Positions 61,931-64,000 of a DNA stretch of 64,000 nt are shown here, one piece after another. Position numbers and translations under genes: made by a program. The DNA comes from Psilocybe cubensis (lineage: Eukaryota): positions 3,534,001 to 3,598,000 of the forward strand of contig CM038999.1 of the NCBI GenBank assembly GCA_017499595.2, read 5' to 3'. Numbering within the stretch: the stretch's first letter is position 1; each line of letters starts with the position of its first letter. Under the pieces are notes generated by a model. That model was not told the origin of the DNA and made no database searches. It was given only the letters and a program-made list of their open reading frames with translations.

Positions 61931-63034
61931 CTACTTTTTCTTCTTTCCCTTTCCCCCGCCACTCTTGGAGTGACCCCCAGCCTGTATTGTACTTTCAACC
62001 GTCGCACTTCCTTGGGTTGCTCCACCTCCACCACCTGCTCCTCTTCTTCTCCTTCCTTGCCCGAATGTTGAACGCTCACTCTTCTTCAACCACCTCTCCG
62101 GATCAGGGGGTGGGGTGACACCGGGGATCACACCAGCTGGGATACGCGACTTTCGTACTTTTTTGACCACAGGAATGGCACTCTGACGTTCATTGGATGA
62201 ACCCGCCAGTGCAGAAGCCGAGGCAATCACAGCAGCAGTGGATTGCTGTTGAGAAGGAGGCGGGGCAGACTCCAAAGTTGATGTGATTGAATTCGGAAGA
62301 GCGTCCAAGGCATGGAGAAAGCCAGTGTTAATGAAATCAAGATGTCTTTGCGAAGCTTGGAGATTGGTCAAGATATCGGAATGCTCTTCAGAGTCCTTTG
62401 GGAGTGACGTTAATAGGCTACTTTCAAAGGCTTCAAAACGTACTCACAGCTTCAGCAGTATCGAGTAAATCGTTATAGAGATCGAATGCTTCTTGGTAAG
62501 ACCCTTCCCTGTAGCACTAAACTAGTTGTCAAAAGTAGTCGGCCATCCACAGGAAAGAGTTACGTGCCAGCTGAGCTTCAAGGTGAACGATACCCCGATC
62601 GTTCTCCCCGCGTTCTCCCTTAATCGATTCCAAAATATTTCTTGCCTCAGATTCACGCTGTAGGCGGTATAAAGAGTATGCTTTTTCGTACGCATGTGTA
62701 TTATCGGTGGCAATGAGGTTCAGAGCAGCGTTGTACTGCTCAGTCTGCAATAGAAGGAACAATTTGGTCTGTCGTGCATCGGCATCTGTGGGATCCAAGC
62801 GCAGTACTATATTCAATTGTTAGCCAGGGTTCTATACTGTAAAATTAATGACGCACTCTTATCGCATGTCTTTACCGCGTTGCTGAAGTGTCCACCATCG
62901 ATTTGGGCACACAAGGACGTGAAGAAGCGCCTCAAGCGTTCGGCAGTAGATGGCTGTTGCTTAGGTTTTCCTTTATTATCTTTCCATGTTGGCTTATGCG
63001 TAGGAGGAGACGACTTGGACGGCTTTGGAGGCAT
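61931..63034 (-). CDS. SRP72: Signal recognition particle subunit SRP72 (compact, ~316 aa, 4 exons)
   Basis: N-terminal TPR-like region with YEKAYSLYRL and HLEAQL|CYREGSY, and C-terminal RNA-binding motif PPDPERWLKKSERS...GGATQG. Confidence 0.9.
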
Positions 63035-63150
63035 TGTGGAGGAATGTTGTCAAGAATAATGCTGGCGAGCAACCATATCACATTCGGCCGTCGTCTGACA
63101 ATTTCCCACGACTTCTGACGCATCTCTTCCCCGACCACCAACCTCAAATC

Positions 63151-64000
63151 ATGTCTTCGGAAGAGTATGTGTTCTCCTGTGCACTAGTTCACTTAATTCT
63201 AAGACCACCGAAACATTAGGAATCCCACTCCAGAGCCTCAAATGGACGCAGCAGACGCACCGCAATCGCCTAGGGAAGCTACTCAAACAACGGGGGATAC
63301 CAAGAAGCGTCCGCGGTTGGACCTTTCTGCTGCCTTGGGTGGGAGAGAACGTAAACGCGGTAAAAGCATGTTCGGAATTCTTGTCGGAACCCTGAATAAG
63401 GCCAAAAATGAAGATAAAGAGAGAAATGCAAGCGATGCTGTATGTCTATGGTTGGCTAATAAACAAGCGCGTTCCTGACCATTGCTTATAGGCAAAAAAG
63501 AGGCAGTTAATTGAACAGAGACTACAAGCTAAGCTGCGAAAAGAAACTGATTCTGTCAGGAGAGCCGAGGACGCGAAAAAGGACAAAACTACAGCGAATA
63601 GGAAAGAGGAGGACCTGCAGCTGAAGGATTCAATCGTATGTCTTTTAATTTCGACATGAGTTTTATTCTGATGTGTCTTAGTATAAACTTCGTCGCACAA
63701 GACTACCACTATTGGCCAATTTCTTAGTAACTTCGGATGTGATCCCCATAGACGAATCATCACCCCCTTCCACGAATCCATTGATGCCCGTTCCAAGATC
63801 CCACCCTCCGCCACTATACTACCTCCCAGCAATTCTCACACCTACGCAGAAGGCATTTTTAGCAAAACGCAAAGCAGAGGCAAGCATCATGGCAACTTTT
63901 CTCACATCAATCATTTAACTTTCCGTACAGGTGGATGAGGCTGCCGAAAAAGAATGGGAGCAATTCCGTGACGAAAGGTCCGCAGGCATTGAAGAAATCA
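63151..64000 (+). CDS. Pinin/SDK/memA-domain protein, 3'-truncated by the window edge
   Basis: ERKRGKSMFGILVGTLNKAK, AKKRQLIEQRLQAKL and LANFL...PLYYLPAILTPTQ. Confidence 0.88.

Noticed and set aside
1..64000. tRNA or rRNA genes
   Set aside because: No cloverleaf with A/B boxes or rRNA-like sequence was recognised by eye. Intron-containing tRNAs could have been missed without tRNAscan-SE.

Overview
This is an intron-rich fungal genomic window, most likely from an agaric basidiomycete (50-60 nt introns; FunK1 kinase, DUF6535, F-box and BTB families). About 20 protein genes can be reconstructed by hand-splicing. The left third (1 to ~21.7 kb) is rich in microsatellites and shows alternating C-rich and G-rich blocks. 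It carries an ABCA transporter, two paralogous His-rich genes flanking a fungal-type kinase, an amplified promoter repeat and KRI1. The rest has ordinary composition. It carries DUF6535, F-box and BTB genes, a DUF1479 (Gig2-like) gene, and two inverted copies of an [F-box-like + MFS transporter] gene pair. Those copies enclose a TIGR02452/microbial-type PARG gene, an intact Ty1/copia element with identical LTRs inserted at that gene's stop codon, and an HtrL-like glycosyltransferase. At the right end are a four-exon Cys-rich gene missing from the ORF track, a histidine-phosphatase homolog lacking its catalytic His, and a compact SRP72 head-to-head with pinin. All family calls come from motif recognition by eye, without database searches.
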